Origin: a virus | Taxonomy: Duplodnaviria; Caudoviricetes | Strand: one strand, 5' to 3' | DNA length: 42,825 nt | Virus record (IMG/VR): IMGVR_UViG_3300048606_000045 | Location: 1 to 42,825 of that record | Part shown: piece after piece, positions 7,781 to 16,888 of the stretch | Position numbering within the stretch: the first letter of the stretch is position 1 | Layout of the letters: each line of letters begins with the position of its first letter | Translations under genes and position numbers: made by a program | Notes under the pieces: generated by a model | The model's input: the letters and a program-made list of their open reading frames with translations, nothing else | The model's database searches: none | What the model was told of the DNA's origin: nothing

Positions 7781-7786
7781 TTTAGA

Positions 7787-7930
7787 TCACGGATGATTCG
7801 GTCTTTTCGCTTCATGTTGGCACACGCACCTTGTCCCATATTCTAGTTGTTGCCCTTTGCTATATGGTGGACTAGGTGCGTCTTTTTTAGTCAAAATCCA
7901 ACCGACTCCATGACAATAAAAACAAGTCAT
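7787..7930 (-). CDS. 47-aa zinc-binding protein (MTCFYCHGVGW...RCVCQ...)
   Basis: Hand translation; CxxC..G.G and CxC motifs; overlaps the upstream stop. Confidence 0.6.
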   Translation of the reverse strand: MTCFYCHGVGWILTKKDAPSPPYSKGQQLEYGTRCVCQHEAKRPNHP

Positions 7931-8466
7931 TTAGGATTCACCAACTTTTTAGATTCATGCTCTTTCAAGCGTTTTATGACTTCGATAGGGAATAATTGGG
8001 ACTCTTTTTCCTCGGTTTTAACGGAATCCCACATTTTACAAAAATTACTTCTCATGATTCCAATTTTATCCTCTGCACATTGACAAATTGCGCCCCATCC
8101 CAAAGATTGCACCAAACGTTTTGTCTGCACATCGAACCCTTCAAAGGCTTTTTCTTGCTGATAATAGCCGAATCGTTTCACACTTTTTATCACATCGTCC
8201 CAAGCATTTTCGCCTGTTTTGAACGCTTCTGGATTCCTGCTTTTAGCTACAAGATGCTTCAATTCAGCGATAGATGGCGGAAATTTTTCGACCGAAGCAT
8301 ATTTAAGCAGCGCTTCAAACATTTCTTCAAATTCGAATTCTGCGAAATGAATGTGCCACATTTTCGCCTTTAATCGTATTTGATTTTCATCTTCCCAATT
8401 ATCCCTATGGATAGGGTAAGTAGCTTGTATCGTGGTCAATAATTTCAGCGTTTCTTTCATGTCCAT
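7927..8466 (-). CDS. Replicative helicase loader/inhibitor-like protein (SPP1 G39P-like N-domain)
   Basis: ETLKLL..I.A.YP ... W...F ... FPPSIAEL motif; directly downstream of the initiator; GAGGTG RBS before ATG 8466. Confidence 0.7.
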   Translation of the reverse strand: MDMKETLKLLTTIQATYPIHRDNWEDENQIRLKAKMWHIHFAEFEFEEMFEALLKYASVEKFPPSIAELKHLVAKSRNPEAFKTGENAWDDVIKSVKRFGYYQQEKAFEGFDVQTKRLVQSLGWGAICQCAEDKIGIMRSNFCKMWDSVKTEEKESQLFPIEVIKRLKEHESKKLVNPK

Positions 8467-9247
8467 TAGTAAATTCACCTCTAAAATCGTTATCTAATAA
8501 ATCCATGAAGTTTTTAAGCTTTTTCTTTTTGGGTACGGCTAAATATTCATCTTCCCATCGCTCTTGATTCAGCCATGTAGAACCGTGGGCAATGAATTCT
8601 TCTTCCGTTTCGCTCGAATTTATGTAGTCTATATACATGTTTAACCCGTTTATAATTGTTTCATACGGGATTTTTTTGATTTTCCTCGCTTTTATAAAAC
8701 TTTTTTTGGTATTTTCTTTCCCGCCTCTTTTTTTGGGGTACATGTTCCAAAAAGCTTGGAATTCATTTTCTATGTGGTCATTCAATTCGACTGTTTTGGA
8801 TTCTTTTTTGTTTATTTTTTTATTATTACTTGTAGTATTACTTGTAGTATTAAAAGATGTATTATTCTTGTAGACATTTTTGTCGTGGGGGGGTTGGACA
8901 TTTTCGTCTTGCCCCCTACGACTTTTTTGTCCTACCCCTATGTCATTTTTGTCGTGGGGTACGACATTTTTGTCGTGGGCTATTGAAAGATAAATTTTTC
9001 GTTCGAATTCATTAATAACCACCACTTTGATATAGCCTTTATTATTTAATTGCGAAATAAGCCTGCTGATATTTCTTGTACTCATTCCATATAATTCGGC
9101 AAAATAAGGATTCCCCGCCCAACAATAACCTTCTGAATTACAAAGAGCCGTAATTTCTCCATAAAGCAACTTAGCACTTGCCGTTAAATCTTTATCGTAT
9201 CGGACATTAGCAGGAATATTGGCGTAATAATTAGGCTTATTTTCCAT
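8405..9247 (-). CDS. Phage replication initiator (N-terminal winged HTH, replisome-organiser type)
   Basis: NYYANIPANVRYDKDL...KLLYGEITAL...GYCWA.N.YF; C-terminal F..FW..YPKK and STWLNQERWED; start re-assigned to 9247. Confidence 0.9.
   Translation of the reverse strand: MENKPNYYANIPANVRYDKDLTASAKLLYGEITALCNSEGYCWAGNPYFAELYGMSTRNISRLISQLNNKGYIKVVVINEFERKIYLSIAHDKNVVPHDKNDIGVGQKSRRGQDENVQPPHDKNVYKNNTSFNTTSNTTSNNKKINKKESKTVELNDHIENEFQAFWNMYPKKRGGKENTKKSFIKARKIKKIPYETIINGLNMYIDYINSSETEEEFIAHGSTWLNQERWEDEYLAVPKKKKLKNFMDLLDNDFRGEFTNGHERNAEIIDHDTSYLPYP
8800..8980. repeat. Lytic origin inside the initiator gene: five iterons plus an AT-rich tract
   Basis: GACATTTTTGTC(GTGGG)-type units at 8873, 8897, 8920, 8942 and 8963, next to AT-rich 8800-8855 (lambda O-like layout). 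Confidence 0.8.
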
Positions 9248-9384
9248 CAAAATGAATCCCCCTCTAGTGGATTCTCGGCTAATAAATCGACCTGATATTC
9301 TTCTAAACACCATGCCGTGATCGTCAACATTCCCCGTTCTAGTACATCTTTTGGTATCCATACGCCTTTAAATTCTCTGTCCAT
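9247..9384 (-). CDS. 45-aa ORF translationally coupled to the initiator (MDREFKGVWIPKDV...)
   Basis: AGGAGG RBS; TGATG overlap with the initiator start. Confidence 0.7.
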   Translation of the reverse strand: MDREFKGVWIPKDVLERGMLTITAWCLEEYQVDLLAENPLEGDSF

Positions 9385-9480
9385 ATTTGAATCCTCCTAG
9401 TTGTTTATAAATAAAAAAACAAGGTCACAGTTTCGACCTTGTTTTAATATGATTACCTAGAATTTAAATTTATTTCACGA

Positions 9481-9837
9481 TTAATTTTGGTTCTTCATGA
9501 AACGATTAACAACTTTATATAATTCTCTTTGCATCGCTTCTTTTGACTTTTCTTGCGCCTCTCTATGAAACGCCTCAGTTAAGCAAACGAGAATTAATTT
9601 TTCGCATTCTTCTAAAGACAACTCGCATTCTTCATGAAATGCTTTTATCGCGCCTCTTAGCAAGCACATTAACGATATGCCCATTTCGCCCACATCCAGA
9701 CTACCCCCATAAAAGCCCATAACCGAACCGTCTTCCTCGGAAATCTGACCACCAATAAAAGCATTGGTTATATGAATTATTTCATCATCGAATCTAATTT
9801 CTACGTTAGCCGTTTCTTTCGTTCTATTCATTTTCAT
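9481..9837 (-). CDS. Hypothetical protein
   Basis: ORF overlapping the recT end; followed by a hairpin terminator at about 9415-9445. Confidence 0.75.
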   Translation of the reverse strand: MKMNRTKETANVEIRFDDEIIHITNAFIGGQISEEDGSVMGFYGGSLDVGEMGISLMCLLRGAIKAFHEECELSLEECEKLILVCLTEAFHREAQEKSKEAMQRELYKVVNRFMKNQN

Positions 9838-10666
9838 TATCGATTATCTCCCCTGTCCCTGCTATGACTGTAAATGTTTCGAGTGGTTCGCTTTCAATGA
9901 TTGTAGGCATTTCACCTATATCTTTCCGAATGGTTTCATCGTTGGCAACGGCACTTTGGGTTTCGACCGAAATAGGCAAATATTTAATCAAACGTTTGAT
10001 TACGGTTTTCATTGCCATACTTTCAAAATTTTTCGCCCAAATTGAGCCTTTTTTATCGTACTGGTAAGAGATCGAATAAGAATCTCTAATCTTCTCAATC
10101 TCAGAAATATGCATTACATCAAAAACAAAGCCCCCATTTTTCAAATTCGCATACGCATAGAAATATTCAATTTCGCCTCTTTCATGATTGGGAGCAGGAA
10201 TATGTTTTAATGTTTCAGCCCGTCCATATTCATAGTGAAAGGTATCTCCTTTTCGAACTTCTTTTGGAACAATCGAAAGAACTTCTCCTTTTCGACAAGC
10301 AAGATCGATTAAGCCCTTGTAGCCTATCTGAAAGCTTGCCGTTCCCTTATAGGGTATAAAATAACATGAGCCGAGAATTGAAGGTTCTAAGCCTAACTGG
10401 GCGCTTGTGAGAACGCAACCTAATAAACTCTCAATCGAACATTCCAACAATTTCGGATTTGTTTTTAACGTGGTCAAAGTGATTCGGGCTAATCGTTCCG
10501 CGTCCATTCCTTTGCTTTTCGGCAAAGCCTCCGTGATCGCAGGCAACATAGCTTTTAAATAAGATTGGGCTTTCTTGTAGGGATCTACCCCTGTAGATGG
10601 CACATTCTTTTTTTCTTGTAAAGCATTCTGTAGACCTTGTGTTGATGCCGTTTTGGTCATTTTCAT
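9824..10666 (-). CDS. recT: RecT-family single-strand annealing recombinase
   Basis: NPKLLECS..SLLG....AQLGLEP, FQIGYKGLIDL and MAMKTVIKRL.KYLP motifs. Confidence 0.95.
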   Translation of the reverse strand: MKMTKTASTQGLQNALQEKKNVPSTGVDPYKKAQSYLKAMLPAITEALPKSKGMDAERLARITLTTLKTNPKLLECSIESLLGCVLTSAQLGLEPSILGSCYFIPYKGTASFQIGYKGLIDLACRKGEVLSIVPKEVRKGDTFHYEYGRAETLKHIPAPNHERGEIEYFYAYANLKNGGFVFDVMHISEIEKIRDSYSISYQYDKKGSIWAKNFESMAMKTVIKRLIKYLPISVETQSAVANDETIRKDIGEMPTIIESEPLETFTVIAGTGEIIDNENE

Positions 10667-10878
10667 TCCTCCTTAAAAATAAAAAACAGGGTTATCCCTG
10701 ATTCCTATTCTTGACAATATTTTCTTTGGTAAATCATGTTTAATTTTTTTTAACTCGCCTATAATAGAAATAGGTTCTAGTATCCCATTCTTTTGTGTAG
10801 TTCGTTTGTGTTCTTTACATTCTTGTCCTGTTTAATATCCATCTCATGTAGTGTAATCTGTATCTCTTTTACTTGTGC

Positions 10879-10914
10879 AAAAAAGACCGTAGCGTTTATG
10901 CCACGGTCTTTTTT
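10879..10914. terminator. Bidirectional terminator
   Basis: AAAAGACCGT-loop-ACGGTCTTTT. Confidence 0.7.
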
Positions 10915-11030
10915 GTATTTAAATATTTCGTTTACTTAATTTCAAAATTGGTTTTTTCGGTAGCTTTCTTTCGTGAAGATCCCTTTTTTGCGATAAAAGT
11001 TGGTAGCCATTTCGCTTTTTTTTCTTAATT

Positions 11031-11234
11031 CTATTCGCCCCATTCTTCTTGAGCTAATTCGCCTAAAATTTCGTCCAAACCTTCTTCAAAATCTGCGTAA
11101 TAATCGGATTCAACTTCTAAAAATATTTTCTTTAATTTATTTACTTTCGCTTGACTCGGTTTAATATCGTTTTCCTCTAGTATTTCGAAAATTCTTTCAT
11201 CATCGATTACAATTGTTATTGTTAATTCAGCCAT
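11031..11234 (-). CDS. Very acidic 67-aa hypothetical protein
   Basis: E/D-rich ORF in the operon. Confidence 0.7.
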   Translation of the reverse strand: MAELTITIVIDDERIFEILEENDIKPSQAKVNKLKKIFLEVESDYYADFEEGLDEILGELAQEEWGE

Positions 11235-11437
11235 TTTTTCTTTTCCCCTGTCTTTTCTAAGTAGTTTAAGTCGTGTTCTTCATTCACGATAATTTGGGCT
11301 AACTCAACGATTTCCTCTTTTGTAAGAAGCACCAATGCCCCGTCTTGCCAAATGGAAACATCTTCATAACTAAATTCAGCTTCGGTAATTTTATTGATTC
11401 TCTTTTTATGAATTAAGCGTCTGGTTCTCATTTTCAT
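11222..11437 (-). CDS. Hypothetical protein
   Basis: GAGG RBS; overlaps both neighbours. Confidence 0.7.
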   Translation of the reverse strand: MKMRTRRLIHKKRINKITEAEFSYEDVSIWQDGALVLLTKEEIVELAQIIVNEEHDLNYLEKTGEKKKWLN

Positions 11438-11834
11438 TCGCCTCTTTCATTTGCATTTCGACCGTTTCGATTAATGTTAATTCCCAAACTAATTGTGAAA
11501 ACATTGCTTCGGCTAATTCTTTCGTTTGTTGCTTTCGACCTGTCACAAAAGCGACTGCTAACTCACGAATCGTTTGAGTAAATTCAACTTTTGTGCTGAG
11601 TTCATGGATCGATAAAATGTCTTTTACAATTCGCCTATATTGAACAGGCGGAAGACTGCCAGATGTCATAATAAACTCTTGTGCATTTTTATGATCCAAA
11701 ATAGCTATACTCAAATACTCGTCCGTTTTAAATTTAATCAAAATATCATCTTTTAATAATTGGTCCGAATAATAATAAAAAATTTTAGTGGTTTTGTCAT
11801 AATGCTTTTTAAGGTTCGGTATGTGTAAATTCAT
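11406..11834 (-). CDS. Hypothetical protein
   Basis: TAATG coupling to the upstream ORF places the start at 11834. Confidence 0.7.
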   Translation of the reverse strand: MNLHIPNLKKHYDKTTKIFYYYSDQLLKDDILIKFKTDEYLSIAILDHKNAQEFIMTSGSLPPVQYRRIVKDILSIHELSTKVEFTQTIRELAVAFVTGRKQQTKELAEAMFSQLVWELTLIETVEMQMKEANENENQTLNS

Positions 11835-12079
11835 TAGATGTACACCCAATCCCGATACAATTCCCATGTCAAAGTTTTGTATTCGTCTGCTAGGAATAAC
11901 ATGGTTTGAATGTCATAGCCTGCTTTCCAAATTTCATCAATAACATAAGTATGATACGCTCGAATTTCTTGTATTTGATGTTCTCTTAAATCTTCTTCCA
12001 TGATTCTTTTTTGGTCGTCTATTGCATGAGCCAACTGCATTGCTAACTCTTTCATAGGATTCTTTTTTCTTTCCTCCAT
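11834..12079 (-). CDS. Hypothetical protein
   Basis: AAGGGGAG RBS; first gene after the promoter at 12122-12150. Confidence 0.75.
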   Translation of the reverse strand: MEERKKNPMKELAMQLAHAIDDQKRIMEEDLREHQIQEIRAYHTYVIDEIWKAGYDIQTMLFLADEYKTLTWELYRDWVYI

Positions 12080-12121
12080 GCATTTCTCCCCTTCTCATAA
12101 AGTGTATTTTTCTACTCCCTT

Positions 12122-12150
12122 ATTGTATCAATTCTGTCAGCAATTTGCAA
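12122..12150 (-). promoter_or_regulatory. SigA-type promoter with GCAANTTGC operator
   Basis: TTGCAA-N17-TACAAT with extended TG; operator at 12140-12148. Confidence 0.75.
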
Positions 12151-12158
12151 GACTTATT

Positions 12159-13118
12159 TTATATTTTTTTTACAAGGAAACTTCGATAAATCGACTCTTT
12201 TGTTTTGTACTTTTCATATAAGTCTGAATGATCTAAAGCGAATCTTTTACTATCAAATGCAATCTTTTTTATTGTCGGCATAGAAATCTTTACTTTTTGC
12301 CCTTTAAATATCTTGGTTTCTCCTGCAACTAATTTCAATTGGTTCTTAATCGCCTCTGCTTGCTCTTGTAAGGCTTTTATTTCTTTTTGAATGGAAATAT
12401 ATAAGAGAGCCTTTTTTTCTTGATCAGAGGTCAATTCAAGCTCCTCCCCGTTGTCGATAGAAAATCGCGCTGCTAAATAATTTGAGTCACTTTCATTTCC
12501 TGTGATCTCAGGCGAAAGATTCGATTGCACACATTCTTGGAATTCCATTTCAGCCGAAATTATTTTATCAATCACATAATCGTCTCGATGAATCAAAAAA
12601 TATTTAAAACTGTGACCTCCACATAAACACACGACATAAGCATATGAATAGCCCGTAACGGCTAAATAGTGTTGGATCTGAATCATATAATGATCGGGGC
12701 ATCCTTCTTCCCAATCGCTTTTATTTCGTTCGGAAGTAGTTTTGATTTCCAACACACCTCTTTCACCTCCGAACTGAGGGTCAACCACTTCCCCGTCTAG
12801 GTTCGCAACCATAAAATCATGCTCGTCATGTTGCAAAACAAAGTGATTTTCGACTACTTCGAAACCTGTTATTTTTCGGAACTGGTTCCGAATCACAGGT
12901 TCGAGCAAATTTCCCCACTCAATATATTCATTGTCAATTTCGGGCGCTTTGGTTTGTCCTGTTTTTTCAAGCCACAAAGAAAAGGCTGATTTGTAAGGAT
13001 TCAGTCCTAAAATAATTGAGGCATCCGATCCCCCTAATCCTTTTTGGTTTTTTCGATATTCCTGCCAATCTGCTTCTGTCATATTTGACTTATCTAAAAT
13101 TCGTTTCAAATCATTCAC
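12159..13118 (-). CDS. yqaJ: YqaJ-like viral exonuclease
   Basis: GLGGSDAS.ILG.NPYKS, WGNLLEP, ANLDG, LEIKT and Y.IQIQHYL motifs. Confidence 0.95.
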   Translation of the reverse strand: MNDLKRILDKSNMTEADWQEYRKNQKGLGGSDASIILGLNPYKSAFSLWLEKTGQTKAPEIDNEYIEWGNLLEPVIRNQFRKITGFEVVENHFVLQHDEHDFMVANLDGEVVDPQFGGERGVLEIKTTSERNKSDWEEGCPDHYMIQIQHYLAVTGYSYAYVVCLCGGHSFKYFLIHRDDYVIDKIISAEMEFQECVQSNLSPEITGNESDSNYLAARFSIDNGEELELTSDQEKKALLYISIQKEIKALQEQAEAIKNQLKLVAGETKIFKGQKVKISMPTIKKIAFDSKRFALDHSDLYEKYKTKESIYRSFLVKKI

Positions 13119-13175
13119 TCCTTTTAGGCTTTATTTTGGACAAAAAAAATAGCCCCAAACGGGACTACTTGATAA

Positions 13176-13265
13176 TTATAGATTGGCAACAATCGCCATT
13201 TCTGCTAGAATAGAAACCACAACTAAAATGATTGTGTATGAATGTTTGTCGAGAACATTTTTCAA
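13176..13265 (-). CDS. 29-aa hydrophobic peptide (MKNVLDKHSYTIILVVVSILAEMAIVANL)
   Basis: Hand translation; AAAGGAGGTG RBS; TTG start. Confidence 0.6.
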   Translation of the reverse strand: MKNVLDKHSYTIILVVVSILAEMAIVANL

Positions 13266-13320
13266 GAGGGTCACACCTCCTTTGAGATCATGGACTGCCA
13301 TCCTTGATCTTATTTATTTT
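13218..13320 (+). ncRNA. Putative ~100-nt antisense RNA
   Basis: TTGGCA(13183)-N17-TAGAAT(13206) promoter; hairpin GAGATCA...TGATCTT followed by a U-rich tail at 13284-13320. Confidence 0.55.
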
Positions 13321-13603
13321 ATTCTTTATCCACAATAACCTCGTCTTCTTCAACTGAATATTCTTCTTTTATTTCGCGCTTAAATTTCGTTCTGTCTTCA
13401 AAAAAATGAATTAGAGGCGTATTGAAAAATTCAGCCATTTTTAAAGACAATTCAATGCTAGGGTTACGCCTACCGTTTTCGATATCATTGTAATGTTGAA
13501 AAGAAATATCAAATATCTCAGCAATTTCCCTTGTTTTCAATTTCTTTTCATTTCTCAATTCTTTCATCCATTCCCGTTTAATCGGGTCAATTGGTGTGAT
13601 CAT
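13319..13603 (-). CDS. XRE-family HTH (Cro-like) regulator
   Basis: LR..KKL...EIA..FDIS.Q.Y..IENGRRNPS HTH_3 pattern. Confidence 0.9.
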   Translation of the reverse strand: MITPIDPIKREWMKELRNEKKLKTREIAEIFDISFQHYNDIENGRRNPSIELSLKMAEFFNTPLIHFFEDRTKFKREIKEEYSVEEDEVIVDKE

Positions 13604-13989
13604 ACTAAATTCACTCTCGATTCAATCATTTGTTTTAAAAATCCCTCTTTAATCAGGTTATCTATTTTCACTCTGCCAATATCGCCCAAATAAGCAATAA
13701 CCGTTAAAATTTCATCATCTGAAATACTGGCGAATTCTTCGTCAGCGCTCCCTATAAATAAAACATCCCCTACTACTACATCAAATGATCGAATGATAAA
13801 ATTTGGATTTAAATTTTGAATCTTGCCCTCCTCATTTATGATCATAGTAATTCCTTCCACGGCATAAGATACTTCTATATAGCCACCAACGAACTTTTGT
13901 AAGTTCGCTAGTGTATTTTCGATCATTTTTACTTTTGGCGTTTCGCCTGTTTTGCAAGTTAAAACTCGCACAAATTTTTCTTTTTCCAT
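13600..13989 (-). CDS. DUF3846-like protein
   Basis: NTL..LQ..VGGYIE ... INEEGK...L.PN ... VGD.LF pattern; start re-assigned to 13989. Confidence 0.8.
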   Translation of the reverse strand: MEKEKFVRVLTCKTGETPKVKMIENTLANLQKFVGGYIEVSYAVEGITMIINEEGKIQNLNPNFIIRSFDVVVGDVLFIGSADEEFASISDDEILTVIAYLGDIGRVKIDNLIKEGFLKQMIESRVNLV

Positions 13990-14570
13990 TATTTTTTTCC
14001 CTCCCATTCAAGCAATCCGTTTTCTCCGAAATAACCTACATCTGTAGCATTCTCCCACAATGTCCATGTGTCGTATTGGTATAAACGATTTAGCCATTTT
14101 GTATAATTCTCAGAATAATTTTCTTCTTGAAAAGCATCTGTCCAACCTGTTATAAACGCTTGCTTTAATTTCATTGGGAAATTAGCCATTCTTAATGTTT
14201 GGACTACATTGGTTGATCTCTCAACACTTGTGACCGTCAACATATGATTATCAAAAACAATTTGCATCGCTCTTTTATCTTTATATAAAGTGGGATCGAA
14301 ACTCATTTCGAAAATTAAAGGCGAATTTTCATATCGAATGAGTCCTAAAATTTTATTGCCATCTTGAATCATTCGGGCTTGAATGTCTTGGCTTTCCAAA
14401 ATTGTTTTTTCTTCCTGATCCATACCACCTAAATAGATGGTCATAAAAAATCCCTGATTGTCTTCTAGTGCTTCAAAATAGCAACCATCATTAAGAGTGG
14501 TGTAGCGTTCTTGAAACAAAGTGAATTTTTTGCCGACAGAAATTTCTACCCGTTCTTTATTTTCTAACAT
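13989..14570 (-). CDS. Hypothetical protein
   Basis: GAGGAG RBS before ATG 14570; coupled to the next gene. Confidence 0.75.
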   Translation of the reverse strand: MLENKERVEISVGKKFTLFQERYTTLNDGCYFEALEDNQGFFMTIYLGGMDQEEKTILESQDIQARMIQDGNKILGLIRYENSPLIFEMSFDPTLYKDKRAMQIVFDNHMLTVTSVERSTNVVQTLRMANFPMKLKQAFITGWTDAFQEENYSENYTKWLNRLYQYDTWTLWENATDVGYFGENGLLEWEGKK

Positions 14571-14773
14571 GATTTTTCTCCTCTTTCCCAATGTGCTTTG
14601 TATTTTTTTACTGAATACCCTGTGATATAAACCATATCATCAATGCGCTTTTTAAGATGAATCACTTTCATTTTTGAAGCCCAAACGGATTTATATGTTT
14701 TAGCTTTACAACCTGTAATCATAAATGAATCGTCTGGAAATCTTGTGATTGCTAATACTCTCATGTGTTTCAC
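14564..14773 (-). CDS. Small basic hypothetical protein
   Basis: First ORF after the leftward promoter at 14802-14830. Confidence 0.6.
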   Translation of the reverse strand: MKHMRVLAITRFPDDSFMITGCKAKTYKSVWASKMKVIHLKKRIDDMVYITGYSVKKYKAHWERGEKSC

Positions 14774-14801
14774 TCCCGTTGTTGTAGTTGCTTACAAACT
14801 T

Positions 14802-14830
14802 ATTATATCAGCAACTTGCAGACAAAGCAA
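14802..14830 (-). promoter_or_regulatory. Early leftward SigA promoter, divergent from the repressor, with GCAANTTGC operator
   Basis: TTGCTT-N17-TATAAT with extended TG; operator at 14811-14819. Confidence 0.75.
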
Positions 14831-14904
14831 GAACTTTTTCATTTACCTTTTGGACGAATCATAGTAAACTTAATCTAATAAGAACAAACAAGGAGGATCG
14901 CCTT

Positions 14905-15369
14905 ATGCATATAGTAGAAGCAGAAAAAAATTTCCCTAGTGGATTTCCTAAAGAAGTTTCACGGAATAAATATAATTTACCTTTAAATGAGCGATTGAAA
15001 AAGGCTCGTAATGCTATAGAAATGAGTACCGCCCGTGTAGTAGCCGAATTAAAAAAGGAAGGTGTGAATATAGGTCAATCGACTTTACAAGGTTATGAGG
15101 CAAACGAGGCGAGTTTAAACCATCGTTACCCGTCATTGCCTTCACTCATTGCTTTATCGGAGTTTTATGGTTGCTCTATGGATTATCTTTTTGGTTACAC
15201 CGATAAGATCGAGCGCCCAAAAAGCAAACGAAAAATAAAGCCGAAAATCGAATTGAAAAAAGAAATCGATTCGGGCGAAACGATTTTATGGGACGGAAGA
15301 AAACTTTCAGAAAAGCAACTGACTTTAATTAAAGCCCAAATTCATTATATCGTTGAACGAACTGTTTAA
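14905..15369 (+). CDS. XRE-family HTH protein, probable CI-like repressor
   Basis: ERLKKAR ... QSTLQGYE ... L..L...YGCSMDYL.G; AGGAGG RBS before ATG 14905; divergent from the early operon; no LexA-type peptidase domain seen. Confidence 0.8.
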   Translation: MHIVEAEKNFPSGFPKEVSRNKYNLPLNERLKKARNAIEMSTARVVAELKKEGVNIGQSTLQGYEANEASLNHRYPSLPSLIALSEFYGCSMDYLFGYTDKIERPKSKRKIKPKIELKKEIDSGETILWDGRKLSEKQLTLIKAQIHYIVERTV

Positions 15370-15402
15370 AAAAAAGCCATGACTCCACTCGTCATGGCTT
15401 TT
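15370..15402. terminator. Bidirectional terminator
   Basis: AAAGCCATGAC-loop-GTCATGGCTTT. Confidence 0.8.
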
Positions 15403-15482
15403 CTATTGAGTTGATCTTCATGGAATGGGCGAATGGAAACGGGAAGTCAGAGAATGAATATTGGCTACAATACAAGGTAAGC

Positions 15483-15662
15483 TTATTTTTTGAAAAAATC
15501 CTTGAAAATTTCCGTGTAAAAAAAATAATTCTGTAGTTCTTCTTCCTCTCTCCTGAGTGATTTTAAAAAAGGCTTACAGATCCATTTTTGATTGGTGATT
15601 TTTACAGGTTCTTCCTTCAAAAAACGAAATTCAGTGCTTACCCTTTGCACCTGTTCAATCAA
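15483..15662 (-). CDS. 59-aa hypothetical protein
   Basis: Hand translation (MIEQVQRVSTEFRFLKEEP...); AAAGGAGG RBS; SigE-like promoter upstream. Confidence 0.55.
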   Translation of the reverse strand: MIEQVQRVSTEFRFLKEEPVKITNQKWICKPFLKSLRREEEELQNYFFYTEIFKDFFKK

Positions 15663-15730
15663 ACAAACCTCGCCTCCTTTGGTTCACTTTAAATTATATG
15701 CAATGGGCGAATTGAAATATGCCTAAAAAA

Positions 15731-16492
15731 TTATTTAAAAAATCTTTTCATTTGTCTGCTATAAAATATTTGATCTTTCACTAAACGATAGGAATAAACC
15801 GACTTGCATAATTCTTCTAATAATGCCTCTTGTGATTTACTTTTTGGATCAAGAGAACTTGCCCATCTTTCTGCTTGCTTTATCATTATTTCTGGTTTGT
15901 AATCTTCATAAAAATATAATTTCAAAAAGGCTGAAATGAAAGCATTCGCCTTATATTCTTTGTAACTTGAAAACATTTCTAATTGATTACAGAAAAATTC
16001 TACACCATGATATTCTTCTTTTATTTCAAGATTACCTTTTTTGAAATCGCTATTAATAAGAAAGTCTGATTTATTTTGAAATGAGGCGAAAATTTTTAAT
16101 AACATTCCAATTTGCAAACCATATTTTTTCTTTAGATCATTTAACATGATATAATTTTCATTTTCTTCTTGAACATAAGTATTTAAAAAATCCTCTTTGT
16201 CCCAATTCGCCCCAACTGTATTCGCTCTTTTAACTTGGTCGATTCCATAACCCTGATTAACAATATAATAAACGGGCTTTTTTAAAGCTTTGCAACCTGT
16301 AAAACGATGTTGTCCATCAATAATTTCATATTTTTCATTGACAATAATAGGAATGATTAATTGTTCTTCTTCCATGCTATTTAAAAGCTTTTTTAAATTC
16401 GCCTTACTTATATTCCTATTTCCAGATATAAAAGAAAATTTTTCATAATCAGTTGTTTGTTGAACCATTATATTTGTAGTAGTTGCAGTCAT
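15731..16492 (-). CDS. ParB/Srx-fold (DGQHR motif) protein
   Basis: GNR.I......KL..SM ... PIIVNE..EIIDGQHR motif. Confidence 0.85.
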   Translation of the reverse strand: MTATTTNIMVQQTTDYEKFSFISGNRNISKANLKKLLNSMEEEQLIIPIIVNEKYEIIDGQHRFTGCKALKKPVYYIVNQGYGIDQVKRANTVGANWDKEDFLNTYVQEENENYIMLNDLKKKYGLQIGMLLKIFASFQNKSDFLINSDFKKGNLEIKEEYHGVEFFCNQLEMFSSYKEYKANAFISAFLKLYFYEDYKPEIMIKQAERWASSLDPKSKSQEALLEELCKSVYSYRLVKDQIFYSRQMKRFFK

Positions 16493-16875
16493 TGTTTAGC
16501 TCCCTTTTTTTGTGATCTAATAAAACAATTCGCATCATAATTTTCTTTATACTCTTTGCTTTTTTTGTTGTAACAAGCTTTACATTTTGAATCCATTGCT
16601 TTATTTGTTGCGTTGACACGCATTTGGTCGAAATTCTTTTTTTCTCCGCAATGTTTACATATGAAAATTTTATCTCTAAATGGATCTTTCCACGCTTCAT
16701 CTTTTGCAATTTCAGCCTTTAATTTTTTTTCTTTATACCTAATTGAATCCTCATATCTTTTGCACTCTTTACAAACATAATAAAAATACATTCTCCCATC
16801 TTTTATTTGTACAGGAAAATTTTCTTTATTAAGTGGATATGAATTGTTGCATTTTTTGCATATACGTTTTTCCAC
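16489..16875 (-). CDS. Double zinc-finger protein (4 x CxxC)
   Basis: CKKC, CKEC, CKHC, CKAC. Confidence 0.8.
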   Translation of the reverse strand: MEKRICKKCNNSYPLNKENFPVQIKDGRMYFYYVCKECKRYEDSIRYKEKKLKAEIAKDEAWKDPFRDKIFICKHCGEKKNFDQMRVNATNKAMDSKCKACYNKKSKEYKENYDANCFIRSQKKGAKQ

Positions 16876-16888
16876 TTTTTCACCTTAT

